Positions 18,741 to 30,074 of a stretch of 64,000 nt of DNA are shown here, piece by piece. This DNA is from an uncultured Phycisphaerales bacterium (GTDB lineage Bacteria; Planctomycetota; Phycisphaerae; Tepidisphaerales; Tepidisphaeraceae). The translations under genes were made by a program, and so were the position numbers. Under the pieces are notes generated by a model. That model worked only from the letters and a program-made list of their open reading frames with translations, ran no database searches and was not told the DNA's origin. The stretch spans positions 3,328,001-3,392,000 of the forward strand of contig CAVWLP010000002.1 of assembly GCA_963755915.1 (NCBI GenBank), in the 5' to 3' direction. Position 1 is the first letter of the stretch; every line of letters starts with the position of its first letter.

Positions 18741-20026
18741 CCCCTTCGATTCAGAGCATCCTTCCCAACCCACCACCACCGCCCCCGCCAACTCCACCCA
18801 GCACGCAGCCGAGTTCACCGGAAGACAGCGATTTTTCGAAGCAATTGAGCAAGGCCCAATCAAAGCCGCAGTCTTCAACGCCTGCGGCGCAAGCTCAGTC
18901 GGCGCCCACAAATGCGCCCACCACGCCAACAAAACCGGAAAAGGATTCCGGGCAGTTGGGGGATCGTTCTAACTCGCAGCAGAAGCAGCAGAATACAACC
19001 TCGGCCAAGGGTGATACCGCCGTCGAAACTGAAACCGAGGTACAGACGGAGTCCGCGGATGAGCAGGCGAATTCGGCCGACACGGTGCAGAAATCTCCGC
19101 TCGCGGTCTTACTTAAATTGCCAAACGTGAATCTCGCACAAATTGCCCAGGCGACGAGCACGAAACCGGCGGCGACGAAATCGGCAAATCAAAAAGCGGC
19201 GCCGCAGACGAATCAAACAACGCAGAACGCTGCCGCACAGAATGCGGCTGCGACCGCGGCTACAACAGCGCAGACAAATACGAATAGCCCGTCGAAACCG
19301 ACCACGACTCAGAATGCTTCCGATGATTCTGATTCAACCGCCGATTCAACATTGAAGGCTTCCACTTCCCACGTCAACGTCTCACCCTTCACAGCCGAGA
19401 ATGCCGCCGCCGCAAATGCCGCGGCTGAAACCGAAACCACCGCTGCGACCGCCGCGGCTCCCACCACAGGCAAGGAAAAGGGCGCCGACGTTCCCACGAC
19501 TGCTTTTGCCGATCTGCTTCCCGCGCCGGCGCCAGCTTCTTCGCAGCCTGCGACGCCGGCCGTCGCCCCGCAGCCCACTGCGCCGCAAACCCCCGTCGCC
19601 CAATTCGCCCAGGCCAATCAGCAGTCCATCGTCTCCACGATCAACGGCAAGCTGCTCCCCAACGGCGGGACGATGAACATCACCCTCAACCCGCCCGATC
19701 TGGGCGCCATGCAGATCTCCGTCCACATGGAAAACGGCGTAATGTCCGCCTCATTCGAAACCAGCAGCGACCAGGCCACGCGCCTGCTGACGCACACCCT
19801 CGGCCAGCTCAAAAATGCCCTGGAAACGCAGGGGGTCAGCGTCGATCGCCTTCACGTCCGCCAGAGTTCAAGCTCCGACAGCTCTTCCAGCAACGATTCG
19901 GACAGCAACGGCCAATCCTCCAGCGACGGCCGCAGCGCCCAACAGGAGCAGCAGCGCCGCGAGACGCTTCGCCGCATGTGGCGGAAGATCCGGGGTGGAA
20001 ATGATCCGCTGGATCTGGTGGCTTGA
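18737..20026 (+). CDS. fliK: Flagellar hook-length control protein FliK
   Basis: Long P/S/T/A-rich region + ITLNPPDLGAMQISV...LKNALETQGVSV. Confidence 0.92.
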   Translation: MTPSIQSILPNPPPPPPPTPPSTQPSSPEDSDFSKQLSKAQSKPQSSTPAAQAQSAPTNAPTTPTKPEKDSGQLGDRSNSQQKQQNTTSAKGDTAVETETEVQTESADEQANSADTVQKSPLAVLLKLPNVNLAQIAQATSTKPAATKSANQKAAPQTNQTTQNAAAQNAAATAATTAQTNTNSPSKPTTTQNASDDSDSTADSTLKASTSHVNVSPFTAENAAAANAAAETETTAATAAAPTTGKEKGADVPTTAFADLLPAPAPASSQPATPAVAPQPTAPQTPVAQFAQANQQSIVSTINGKLLPNGGTMNITLNPPDLGAMQISVHMENGVMSASFETSSDQATRLLTHTLGQLKNALETQGVSVDRLHVRQSSSSDSSSSNDSDSNGQSSSDGRSAQQEQQRRETLRRMWRKIRGGNDPLDLVA

Positions 20027-20138
20027 ATCGCCCGATGCGCAGCTCTCGCTGCGCACGGGCGCAGATTTCGCTTTACTGCAAATTACCAGGTCCGATTTTT
20101 GATCGCCGCGAATATTTCCGGCCGAAAGGGTTTAAACC

Positions 20139-20603
20139 ATGAGTGCCATAAACTCTCTAAACTCGATTTTCAATTCCAACACGGCCCAGACGACTGCGGC
20201 CAACTCGTCTTCGAGCGGTTCGACGAACGCGAGCAATTCGCTCACGCCCAGCGACTTTATCAACTTCATGGTGACCGAGCTTCAGAACCAGAACCCGCTC
20301 GATCCCACCGACAGCAACGAAATGCTTCAGCAGATGAGCGAGATCGGACAGTTGCAATCGCAGGACAGCCTCCAGACCAACCTCACCAGCATGGTGCAGC
20401 AGAACCAGGTGTCGGCGGCGTCCAACATGATCGGCAAGCTCGTTCAGGGGACCGACCAGAACAGCAACGCCATCAGCGGCACCGTGACCGGCGTGCAGGT
20501 CAGCAGCAGCGGCGTCAGCCTGAGCCTTAACACCGGTGCGACGATGTCGATGGCGAATGTCACCGCAATCACCAACGCCCCGACCACAAACGGCGCTTCC
20601 TGA
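20139..20603 (+). CDS. flgD: Flagellar hook capping protein FlgD
   Basis: DFINFMVTELQNQNPLDPTDSNEMLQQMS, ASNMIGKLV. Confidence 0.95.
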   Translation: MSAINSLNSIFNSNTAQTTAANSSSSGSTNASNSLTPSDFINFMVTELQNQNPLDPTDSNEMLQQMSEIGQLQSQDSLQTNLTSMVQQNQVSAASNMIGKLVQGTDQNSNAISGTVTGVQVSSSGVSLSLNTGATMSMANVTAITNAPTTNGAS

Positions 20604-20694
20604 TCGCGGCGGCGCAATTCTCCGTGCCGGCGACGGTTTTCGCCGTGGATATTGAATGAATCCGGATGTCCAAGAATTTCCAGGCGGGTTTTAA

Positions 20695-22422
20695 ATGTCA
20701 TTAGCCAGCTCACTTTTCACGGGACTATCCGGCCTCGACGCCAACCAGTCGTGGATGAACGTCGTGGCAAACAACATTGCCAACGCGAACACCACCGCGT
20801 TCAAATCCAGCAACGTCTCGTTCTCGTCGCAGTTTTACGTGACGGATCGCCCCAGCAGCGGGCCGAACGGTGATTTCGGCGGCACCAACCCAAGCCAGGA
20901 GGGCATGGGCGTGCAGGTCGCGGCCATCACCACCAATTACACCCCCGGCCAGATCCAGACAACCGGGGTTGATACCAACATGGCCATCAGCGGCAATGGC
21001 TTTTTTGTACTCAATTCCAGCCAGGGGCAGCAATACACCCGCGACGGCACGTTTTCGCTCAACGGGTCCAATCAGCTTGTGACCGGTTCCGGCGCTTATG
21101 TTCAAGGATACAGTGCCGATCAAAACGGGAACATCATTACCGGCAGCCTCGGGAACCTTACGATTCCGATCGGTCAGGCGACGATCGCCGCCGCCACCCA
21201 GAACGTCTCGCTGGAGGGAAATCTCGACACCAGCGGCCCTGTCGCCAGCGGCGCGACCATCCTCACCAGCCAGGACATTACGACCCTCGGCGGGGGCGCG
21301 GCGCCCGTCGGCACGACCCTGCTGACCAATCTCGCCAGCGCATCGGCCAACGGCGTGCCGCTGGTGGCTGTCAACGATGTGCTGACGGTCAGCGGCACGC
21401 AGGGGGGAAACAATCTGCCCACCCAATCTTTCACAGTCTCCCCCACTTCCACGTTGAATGACCTGCAAAACTTCCTAAACAATGCGCTGGCCATAAACAC
21501 CAGCGTCACGGGTCCGCCGGCTCCCGGCACCACCGTTCAGACAGGCACGGCTCCCAATTCGGTCGATCTGACCGTCATTGGCAACACCGGCAGCGCGAAT
21601 GCCATCACCCTCGGTTCGCAGGGACTTGTCGACACGACATCCAACACTACGCCGTTTGCGCTGAATGCCGGCACGGATATCGTTGGCCCCACAACCTACA
21701 CGGACAATCCGGTCGGCGAGAGCACCAACACCACGATTACCGCCTACGACTCGCTCGGCACGCCGATCACCATTAATCTGACAACTGTTCTCAAGAGCAG
21801 TAGCGTCGGCGGGGGAGATGTGTGGCAGTTCTACGCCTCGAGCCCCGACAATACGGGTGGGGCGGGCCCGATCGTCGGCACCGGAACACTGACCTACAAC
21901 AGCGCCGGCGCCCTGGTTTCAACAACCGGCACCCAGCTCTCCATCAACCGCACCGGCACCGGCGCCGCAAGCCCGCTGAACATTAACCTCAATTTCGGAA
22001 ACACCACGGCGTTATCGTCGACCAGTTCCAACGTCGTCATGTCCACCCAGGACGGCGAGCCGATCGGAACGCTTACTTCCTTCTCCGTCGGAGGGGATGG
22101 AACGATCACCGGCCAGTTCACCAACGGCCTGACCAAGACGCTCGGTCAGGTCGTGCTGGCCAATTTTAATAATCCCAACGGTTTGATCGCCCAGGGGGGC
22201 AATGTTTACATTTCGGGCCCCAACAGCGGCAATCCCGTCATCGGCGCCGCCACCGCCAACGGCACTGGAACGGTCGAATCCGGCGCGCTGGAGCAGAGCA
22301 ACGTGAATCTTTCGCAGGAATTCATCAACCTGATCATCGCCTCGACCGGTTTCAGCGCCTCCAGCAAGGTCATCACCACCAGCGACGAGCTTCTGACTGA
22401 CCTGCTCAATTCGCAGAGATAA
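20695..22422 (+). CDS. flgE: Flagellar hook protein FlgE
   Basis: SLFTGLSGL..NNIANANTTAFK, YTRDGTF, YDSLG, GALEQSNVNLSQEF. Confidence 0.95.
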   Translation: MSLASSLFTGLSGLDANQSWMNVVANNIANANTTAFKSSNVSFSSQFYVTDRPSSGPNGDFGGTNPSQEGMGVQVAAITTNYTPGQIQTTGVDTNMAISGNGFFVLNSSQGQQYTRDGTFSLNGSNQLVTGSGAYVQGYSADQNGNIITGSLGNLTIPIGQATIAAATQNVSLEGNLDTSGPVASGATILTSQDITTLGGGAAPVGTTLLTNLASASANGVPLVAVNDVLTVSGTQGGNNLPTQSFTVSPTSTLNDLQNFLNNALAINTSVTGPPAPGTTVQTGTAPNSVDLTVIGNTGSANAITLGSQGLVDTTSNTTPFALNAGTDIVGPTTYTDNPVGESTNTTITAYDSLGTPITINLTTVLKSSSVGGGDVWQFYASSPDNTGGAGPIVGTGTLTYNSAGALVSTTGTQLSINRTGTGAASPLNINLNFGNTTALSSTSSNVVMSTQDGEPIGTLTSFSVGGDGTITGQFTNGLTKTLGQVVLANFNNPNGLIAQGGNVYISGPNSGNPVIGAATANGTGTVESGALEQSNVNLSQEFINLIIASTGFSASSKVITTSDELLTDLLNSQR

Positions 22423-22438
22423 CCCATGAGGACCCATC

Positions 22439-22633
22439 ATGATCCAGCTCACTCGTCTTAACGGCCACGCATTTGTGATAAACGCCGAAAAAATCCGCTA
22501 TGTGGAGGCCACGCCCGACACGGTCGTTTGCTGCGACACCGGGGAAAAGATGATGGTGCAGGAGCCGATCGCCGAGGTCATCCGGCGGGCGATCGAATAC
22601 TCTCGCATCATCCGCCGCCCGATAACCGACTGA
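22439..22633 (+). CDS. flbD: Flagellar FlbD/SwrD family protein
   Basis: MIQLTRLNG..INAEKIRYVEATPDTV. Confidence 0.93.
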   Translation: MIQLTRLNGHAFVINAEKIRYVEATPDTVVCCDTGEKMMVQEPIAEVIRRAIEYSRIIRRPITD

Positions 22634-22702
22634 ACCCCGGCGGTAAATCGCACTCTGACGCTCTTTTTGGCACTTCCCTAAGCAATCTATCTCCGGCACT
22701 GC

Positions 22703-22729
22703 TCAGATTCGTCTATTTTCTTCCGATAG
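22703..22729 (+). promoter_or_regulatory. Candidate sigma28 promoter TCAG-N15-TCCGATAG upstream of fliL
   Basis: Spacing and -10 match the FliA consensus. Confidence 0.55.
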
Positions 22730-22790
22730 AGAATAGGTGGGGCTTTCGCACCCGCCCGATTATCGGACGCAGAAAAGGACGTAACGGATC

Positions 22791-23408
22791 ATGGCCGAAA
22801 AAGCGGAAAAGAAATCAGAGGCGTCGGCAGAAAAGAAGGCTCCAGCAAAAGGGGAAGCCGCCCCGGCGGCAGCCGCCGCGCCGGCAGCCAAGGGCGGGGG
22901 ATTCCTGACCAAATTACCCGTGCTCATCGGCGGGGTGATGTTCATCGAAGCCGTGGTGCTTTTCGCGGGATTCAAATTCCTGAACAGCGGCCCGAAAAAC
23001 GCCAACGCCGCCGACCTGACCACGCCGGAGAAGAAGGACGCCACCGGCGCCGACGCTTCGGCCTCTCCCGACGACAGCCCGACAGTCGAAATGCCCCTGC
23101 TTGAATCGCGCTTCCCCAACAAGCGCAGCGGCAAGAGTTATCTGTATGACGTCAAAATCGTCCTCTCCGTGAAGAAAGAATTCGCGGACAAGGTAAAAGC
23201 GATAATTGGCGAGCACGACGCCTTGATTCAGGACCGCGTGCGGACCATAATTGCGGAGTCCGATCCCGACAAACTCGGGGGCGGATCCGAGCCGGGCCTG
23301 GAAACCCTCCGCCGGCAGGTGAAATATCAGTTGGATGAGATCGTCGGTGATGGAATGATCGACGATGTTTTGGTTCCGCAGTGCATTTCGTTCCCTGCGG
23401 ACTACTAA
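22791..23408 (+). CDS. fliL: FliL-like basal-body associated protein
   Basis: Charged N-terminus, single TM, IQDRVRTII..EPGLETLRRQVK. Confidence 0.8.
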   Translation: MAEKAEKKSEASAEKKAPAKGEAAPAAAAAPAAKGGGFLTKLPVLIGGVMFIEAVVLFAGFKFLNSGPKNANAADLTTPEKKDATGADASASPDDSPTVEMPLLESRFPNKRSGKSYLYDVKIVLSVKKEFADKVKAIIGEHDALIQDRVRTIIAESDPDKLGGGSEPGLETLRRQVKYQLDEIVGDGMIDDVLVPQCISFPADY

Positions 23409-23453
23409 AGGCGCGACTGATTGCCGCGTCAAATTCACCAAGGATGGTGACCC

Positions 23454-24131
23454 ATGGCCCCAGGCGATTCTCAATCGCAGCCACCCCCCGCTGATCCCCA
23501 ACCGCAGCCACCCGCCGATGCTCCTGCCGCGCCCGCGGAACCCGCGCCTCCGCAACCGGCGCCTGCACAGGCAGCCGCGCCCGAGCCCGCTGCCGCAGCA
23601 GCGCCGGCTGAACCAGCCCCCGCAGCAGCAGCCCCCGCCGAAGCAGCGCCGGCAGAAGCTGAAGCCGCCGCATTGAGTCAGGATTCGATCGACGCACTAC
23701 TGAAACAAGCCAACTTCGACAGCCCCGACGCCGCCGAAACCGACGGCAAGGGCCCATCCGTCGAGGAACTCCTCAAGCAGGCCAATTTCGAAGACGGCAA
23801 CGGCGGCGAACTTCCCGGCGCCGATGCCGAGGCGTTCAAGCTCCCCAGCTTCCAGCAGGTGATGGCGGACGCCCAGGTCTCCAGCATCGATCTGCTTCGG
23901 GATGTCGAGCTAAACGTAAAGATTGAGCTTGGCCGCAGCCGGATGCTCGTGGATGAGGTTCTGAAGCTCAGCGAAGGGAGCGTGGTGGAGCTCGACAAGC
24001 TGGCCGGCGATCCCGTCGATGTTTTCGTGAACGATCGCCTCGTTGCCCGCGGCGAAGTACTGGTCCTCAACGACAATTTCTGTGTCCGCGTGAACGAAAT
24101 CGTCCCCGCCGCCAAAGAGGAGGCGATGTGA
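23454..24131 (+). CDS. fliN: Flagellar motor switch protein FliN with long Pro/Ala-rich N-terminal extension
   Basis: [49 protein letters not shown]; upstream [10 protein letters not shown] motif. Confidence 0.93.
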   Translation: MAPGDSQSQPPPADPQPQPPADAPAAPAEPAPPQPAPAQAAAPEPAAAAAPAEPAPAAAAPAEAAPAEAEAAALSQDSIDALLKQANFDSPDAAETDGKGPSVEELLKQANFEDGNGGELPGADAEAFKLPSFQQVMADAQVSSIDLLRDVELNVKIELGRSRMLVDEVLKLSEGSVVELDKLAGDPVDVFVNDRLVARGEVLVLNDNFCVRVNEIVPAAKEEAM

Positions 24132-24802
24132 TCTCTTCGCTGGGCCTGCGCCGCGCGATCACGATCGGCGTGGTTCTTTTCCTTGCCACAGCCGTAAAAT
24201 CCTTCGCCGCCGCGGCATTGCCGACGGACGAACAGCTCGAATCCGCCCCCGTTGGCATCGATGCTTCTTCCAGCTCGGCGGCAAAATTCAACGCCGCACC
24301 CGGCTCCGCCAGTTCATTCGACATCCCGCACGTTCTGCTGGCCCTCACCGTCGTCCTCGGCCTGATTTTCCTCATGCGTGCCGCGGTGCGCCGGATCGTT
24401 CCCGGGGCAGTCGTCCATCGCTCATCATCAGCGGTCAAAATCGTCGCCCGAACCGCCATCGCGCCGCGCCAGCACCTGCTGGTGATCCAATTCGGCAAGC
24501 GCCTGATTCTTGTGGGCGACACCGGCGCAAACCTCAACAGCTTGTGTGAGGTAACCGATCCGGACGAAGTCGCCGCCATTGTCGCTCGCGCCGCCGAGGA
24601 GACGATTTCCGTCGCCCGGCGTTTCGAATCCCTCTTCGGCCGCGCCCGCAAGGAATTTTCGGAGGAGACGGCCGAGCCGGAGACGTTCGACGCCAGCAAT
24701 GAAATCGCGGCGAGTAGCCCGACGATAGACGAAACGAAAAAAGAGCTGGCGGGGCTGCGCGAAAAAGTGCGCGAAGTCGCCCAGCAATTTGGTCGCGCAT
24801 AA
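24128..24802 (+). CDS. fliO: Flagellar biogenesis protein FliO
   Basis: Signal peptide + TM + [20 protein letters not shown]; between fliN and fliP. Confidence 0.85.
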   Translation: MISSLGLRRAITIGVVLFLATAVKSFAAAALPTDEQLESAPVGIDASSSSAAKFNAAPGSASSFDIPHVLLALTVVLGLIFLMRAAVRRIVPGAVVHRSSSAVKIVARTAIAPRQHLLVIQFGKRLILVGDTGANLNSLCEVTDPDEVAAIVARAAEETISVARRFESLFGRARKEFSEETAEPETFDASNEIAASSPTIDETKKELAGLREKVREVAQQFGRA

Positions 24803-24912
24803 TTTGCGCCGCTGCCCTCAGGAAAATTTCCGGCGAAAATTTTCAACTTTTCGCGCTTAACGCTACCGCTTGCGCATATCGCGTGTTATAAACGCCGTCG
24901 CTTTACGACACG

Positions 24913-25740
24913 ATGAGAAAGGATGCTCTCGTGAATCAGTTTCTATGGGGTACTTGCGCGGTTTGCGTTCTTATTTTTGCAGGCATCGCCCGCGCTGACG
25001 ACACCTCAACTGCAATCACCACAAACACTCCTTCCGCAACGACTGACAATCCATTTGCTTCCGTTCAGCACGCGCTGCCGGATCTCTCCAATCGCGAAAA
25101 CTTTTCCTCCGCGATGCAGATCATCGTCCTGCTGACGGTGCTTTCCCTCGCGCCGGCCATCCTGCTGATGATGACCAGCTTCACGCGCATCGTCATCGTC
25201 TTTGCACTTTTGCGTCAGGCGATGGGCACACAGCAGTTGCCGCCGAATCAGATCCTCGTCGGCCTCGCGATGTTCATGACGTTTCTGGTCATGTCCCCAA
25301 CCTGGCAACGGGTGAACGACACGGCGATTCAGCCTTACATGAGCGGCAAACTGTCTCAGGTCGAGGCGCTGGGCGCGGCCCAGGTTCCGGTGCGCGATTT
25401 CATGATCAACCAGATCCGCCAGTGTCATAACGAAACCGACGTCGATCTTTTCATGCAATTCGCCCACCAGCCGCGGGCCAATACATTCCGCGATGTGGGC
25501 ACCATGACCCTCGTCCCGGCCTTCATGCTCAGCGAATTGAAAACGGCCTTTCTCCTGGGCTTTCGCGTCTATCTTCCGTTCGTCATCATCGACATGGTGA
25601 TTTCTTCGGTCCTGGTGAGCATGGGCATGATGATGCTGCCCCCAGTGCTCATTTCGATGCCGTTCAAGCTATTGCTTTTTGTTCTCGTAAACGGCTGGCA
25701 CTTGATTACGGCCAGCCTGATGGGTAGTTTTGTCATGTGA
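24913..25740 (+). CDS. fliP: Flagellar export protein FliP
   Basis: [48 protein letters not shown]. Confidence 0.97.
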   Translation: MRKDALVNQFLWGTCAVCVLIFAGIARADDTSTAITTNTPSATTDNPFASVQHALPDLSNRENFSSAMQIIVLLTVLSLAPAILLMMTSFTRIVIVFALLRQAMGTQQLPPNQILVGLAMFMTFLVMSPTWQRVNDTAIQPYMSGKLSQVEALGAAQVPVRDFMINQIRQCHNETDVDLFMQFAHQPRANTFRDVGTMTLVPAFMLSELKTAFLLGFRVYLPFVIIDMVISSVLVSMGMMMLPPVLISMPFKLLLFVLVNGWHLITASLMGSFVM

Positions 25741-25783
25741 AGCCCAAGGATGGGCCTCGCAGTGAACTCAAGGATGGGTGTGC

Positions 25784-26047
25784 ATGTCCACCGAGCAAGC
25801 CTCCGAACTGATCCGCAATACGCTTCTTCTGGCGCTGGTGATCTCGTCGCCAATGCTTGTCATCGGGTTGATCGTCGGCATCATCATCTCGCTGCTCCAG
25901 GCCCTCACCCAGATTCAGGAGCAGACGCTCACCTTTATTCCCAAGATCGTTTCGATGGTGGTGGCGGCTATTGCGCTGATGCCGTGGATGAGCCACCGCC
26001 TCATGCAATACGCCATGGACATGTTCACCAACGGGCACGTGCGATGA
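25784..26047 (+). CDS. fliQ: Flagellar export protein FliQ
   Basis: LQALTQIQEQTLTFIPKI. Confidence 0.97.
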   Translation: MSTEQASELIRNTLLLALVISSPMLVIGLIVGIIISLLQALTQIQEQTLTFIPKIVSMVVAAIALMPWMSHRLMQYAMDMFTNGHVR

Positions 26048-26056
26048 AGCGTTTTT

Positions 26057-26824
26057 ATGATCCAATCCGCGATCAATTTCGTTCCGATCTACGTGCTGGT
26101 GCTCTTTCGCATCGCCGGAATGATGATCTGGGCGCCGCTGCTCGGCAGCCAGCAGATTCCGCGGCGGGTGAAAGCGATGATCGCCATCGTCCTTTCCGCC
26201 TCGATCGCGCCGATGCTTCACGTCAACATCGAAATGCCTCAGAGTTCCTGGGACCTGGCGGTGGCCATCGCCGGCGAAATCGTTTTCGGCGCCGCCATCG
26301 GTTTCATCCTCAGTCTGGTCTTCATCGGCGGCCAGTGGGCCGGCGAAATGATCGGGCAGCAGATGGGCCTGAATCTCGGCCAAACCCTCAACCCCCAGTA
26401 CGGCGGCGGCGGGGCGGTCGTCAGCGACCTCTACTTCTTCCTTTCGCTGCTGATCTTTCTCTCCATCGGCGGCCACATGGCGCTGGTCAAGGCCGTTTTC
26501 GACAGCTTTGCTTCGCTGCCCCTGCTTTCGGTGTCGCTGAGCCATTCCCTCTTCAACCTGATTGTTTCGGTGTTTCAGGCCGCGGTGGTTCTCGCGCTGC
26601 AGTTGTCGGCGCCGATGCTGGTGACGATGCTCATCGTCGATCTGGTCCTCGGATTCGTCGGCAAAACAGTTCCCCAGCTCAACATCATGACCGCCGGCAT
26701 CTCCATTCGCGCGCTGGTGGGAATGATGGTTCTTATCGTCGGCCTGGGTCTTACAAGTTCGATTATCCGCTACAACCTGCTCATCGCGATGAGGCAAGTG
26801 TGGCAGGCGTATCAGACGCATTGA
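26057..26824 (+). CDS. fliR: Flagellar export protein FliR
   Basis: Polytopic; AGEMIGQQMGL, GGHMALV, KTVPQLNI. Confidence 0.96.
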   Translation: MIQSAINFVPIYVLVLFRIAGMMIWAPLLGSQQIPRRVKAMIAIVLSASIAPMLHVNIEMPQSSWDLAVAIAGEIVFGAAIGFILSLVFIGGQWAGEMIGQQMGLNLGQTLNPQYGGGGAVVSDLYFFLSLLIFLSIGGHMALVKAVFDSFASLPLLSVSLSHSLFNLIVSVFQAAVVLALQLSAPMLVTMLIVDLVLGFVGKTVPQLNIMTAGISIRALVGMMVLIVGLGLTSSIIRYNLLIAMRQVWQAYQTH

Positions 26825-26839
26825 AGGGCGTTTTGAAGC

Positions 26840-27941
26840 ATGGCTGAATCCGAAGGCGACAAAACCGAAGCCCCGACGGCGCGGCGACGCACCGAAGCCC
26901 GCCAGCAGGGAAACATCGCCCGCAGTCACGACCTCACCAGCTCCGTCCTCCTGGTAGGGGGGCTGCTGCTGATGAAATGGTTTGGCTCCGGCATCATTTT
27001 CTCCCTCCGCGACATCGTGCGCGAAATGCTCTCCGCGACGTCGCTCTCGGATTTCACCACCGGCATGATTGGCGAGCAGGTCGTCCAATACCTTCACGCC
27101 GTCGGCATGGCACTGCTCCCGCTGCTTGGCGGGGCGATGATCCTGGTCATCGTTACCAACCTCGCCCAGGTAGGATTCAATTTCAGCCCGCAGCGCCTCG
27201 CGATCAACTTCGGCGCTCTCAACCCTGTCCGCGGCTTCAGCAAAATCTTCGCCTTCCGGCAGGGGGGCGTTCAACTGCTTCTGAACATGGCCAAGCTTGT
27301 CCTGGTTACCCTGGTCGCCTGGTCGGCCATCGCCAATCGCCTTGGACAGATCATCGGCGTCCAGCAGCTCACCACCCTCCAGATCTTCGGGCTTGGCGCC
27401 GACATGGTCTTCGGCATCGGCATTCGCGTCGGCGTGCTCCTCTTCATCCTCGCGATCATCGACTACATCAACCAGCGATTCCGCGTCGAACGCTCGCTGC
27501 GCATGACCAAGTCCGAAGTGAAAGACGAAATGCGCAGCATGGAAGGCGATCCCATGACCAAGCAGCGCCGCCGCCAGATCGCCACCCAGCGGCACATGCA
27601 GCGACTGAAAAAAGAAGTCCCCAAGGCCGACGTGGTGGTCACCAATCCGACGCACTATGCCGTTGCGCTCAAGTACGACCAGACCAAAATGCGCGCCCCA
27701 AAGCTGGTGGCCAAGGGCGCCGATTTCATGGCCCAGCGCATCCGCTCACTCGCTTCCGAGGCCGGCATTCCCATCGTCGAGCGTCCGCCGCTGGCTCGCG
27801 CGATCTATCGCATGGTCGAAGTCGGCGAGGAAATCCCCGAGGAATTTTACAGCCGTCGTGGCCGAAATCCTCGCCTACGTCTACGAACTGTCCGGAAAAC
27901 AACTGGTGGCGACCCGAACCGCGCGTGCCGTACCGACCTAA
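26840..27941 (+). CDS. flhB: Flagellar export protein FlhB (frameshift ~27850)
   Basis: DKTEAPTARR, EGDPMTK, VVTNPTHYAVAL, PPLARAIY; tail VAEILAYVY in a shifted frame. Confidence 0.96.
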
Positions 27942-27945
27942 TTAA

Positions 27946-30055
27946 ATGGCGTCCATTGCTGCCCATCCCGCCTTCGTCAAGCTTCGCGAAAACCGCGGGA
28001 TGATCTTCCCCATCGCCTTCATCAGCCTCGTGCTGGTGATCCTCGTTCCGCTGCCCACGCAGGTGCTCGACATTCTGCTCTGCTTCAACATCACCCTGTC
28101 GATCATCGTCTTGGTGACGACGATTTACGTCTCCAGCGCCCTGGAACTGGCGGTCTTCCCATCCCTGCTACTGGCCCTGACGCTCTTTCGCCTGGTGCTG
28201 AATGTTGCGACGGTTCGGCTGATTCTCACCGCGGGCGATCGCGCCGGCGACGCCAACACCGCCATGACCAGCGCCGGCGAGGTGATCTACACCTTCTCCG
28301 ATTTCGTCACCAAGGGTTCGCTCGCCGTCGGCGTCATCATCTTCATCATCATCGTCGTCATTCAGTTTGCCGTCATCACCAAGGGCGCTACGCGAATCTC
28401 AGAAGTCGCCGCCCGATTCACCTTGGACGCCATGCCCGGCAAGCAGATGGCTATCGACGCCGATCTCAACGCCGGCACCATCAACGAAGCCGAGGCCAGA
28501 AAACGCCGTTCTGACGTTTCCCAGGAAGCCGACTTCTACGGCGCCATGGACGGTGCCAGCAAATTCGTCCGCGGCGACGCCGTCGCCGGCATCATCATCA
28601 CCTTCGTCAACGTTCTCGGCGGCCTCTACGTCGGAATGTTCGAGCACAACTGGGGCCTGCTCGATTGCCTCCAGCTCTACACCAAGCTAAGCATCGGCGA
28701 CGGCCTTGCCAGCCAGGTGCCCGCGTTCATCGTCTCTCTTGCCGCCGGCCTGATCGTCACCCGCACCAGCAGCAAGAACAATCTCGGCGAGGAAGTGCTC
28801 AACCAGCTCTTCGCCAAGCCCAAGGCCCTTGATCATCGCCTGCATCTTCATCATCCTGATGATGTTCACCGGCCTGCCGAAGGTTCCACTGATGATCCTC
28901 GGCTCCTGCTGCGGCGCACTTTCGTTCACACTCTCCCGCAACCAGCAGAAAGCCGCCAAGGCCGCCGCGGCAAAGGAAAAAGAAAAGACCGCCAAGAAAG
29001 AGCCGGAGAAAGTCGAAAAACTCCTCGACCTCGACACGATGGAGCTTGAAGTCGGCTACGGCCTGGTGAAATTGGTCGATGCGTCCAAGGGCGGCGATCT
29101 GCTCGACCGCATCAGCATGATCCGCCGGCAGGTCGCCATCGACCTGGGCATCATCGTGCCCCCGGTCCGCATTCGCGACAACATCCAGCTCGGCGCCAAC
29201 GATTATCGTCGTTCGTATCAAGGGCCAGGTCGTCGGCAAGGGCGTCGCCTATCCCGAACAATTCCTGGCGATGGACAACGGCGCCACCTCCGGCCCCATC
29301 GCCGGCGCGACCCAAACCACCGAACCCGCCTTCGGCCTTCCCGCCTACTGGATCACCGAATCCCAGCGCCAGCAGGCGGAAGTGCACAATTACACCGTCG
29401 TCGAAGCCACCGCCGTCATCGCGACGCATCTCACGGAGCTGATCAAGAGCCACGCTTACGAGTTACTGACGCGCCAGGCCGTGAAGAATCTCTCGACAAT
29501 CTCAAGAACCGCGTCCCCGCCCTGGTCGAAGAAGTCATTCCCACGCAGGTCAAACCGGGCGAACTGCAGAAGGTGATGCAAAACCTCCTCCGCGAGCGCG
29601 TGCCCGTCCGCGATCTGGAAACAATCCTCGAAACCCTCGGCGATTACGCCGCTCGCACCAAGGACCTGGAAGTCCTCAGCGAATATGTCCGCCACGCACT
29701 GGCGCGCACGATCTGCAAGCAATACGTCGACGAGCGCGACAAGCTCTGGTGCCTCACGCTCGATCCCGCCGATGGAGGAAGTCATCAACAGCCACCTGGA
29801 GCGCAGCGATCGCGGCACCAGCAACACCCTCGCCCCGCAAACCGCCCAGCAGATCGTCCAGCAGATCGTCGCCAAGTCCTCAGAGCTGACGCAGGCGGGG
29901 CGTTCAGCCGTGCTTGCTGTGCGGCCCGCAGATTCGCAGCGCCGTCCGCCGAATGATCGAAAACAGCGCCGCCGCAGCTGGCCGTGCTGGGGTACAACGA
30001 AATTGTCCCCGAGGTGACGGTCGAAGCCGTCGCTTTGGTGGGAATGAATGGGTAG
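27946..30055 (+). CDS. flhA: Flagellar export protein FlhA (several frameshifts)
   Basis: EVAARFTLDAMPGKQMAIDADLNAG, DFYGAMDGASKFVRGDA, LLRERVPVRDL. Confidence 0.95.
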
Positions 30056-30074
30056 GCATCGAATGGAAAAGGCT

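Noticed and set aside
22668-22684. Sigma54 promoter upstream of fliL
   Set aside because: GG-to-GC spacing is 11 rather than 10
25733-27655. Long antisense ORFs (e.g. 640 aa opposite fliQR-flhB)
   Set aside because: Shadow frames of GC-rich genes with no recognisable domains
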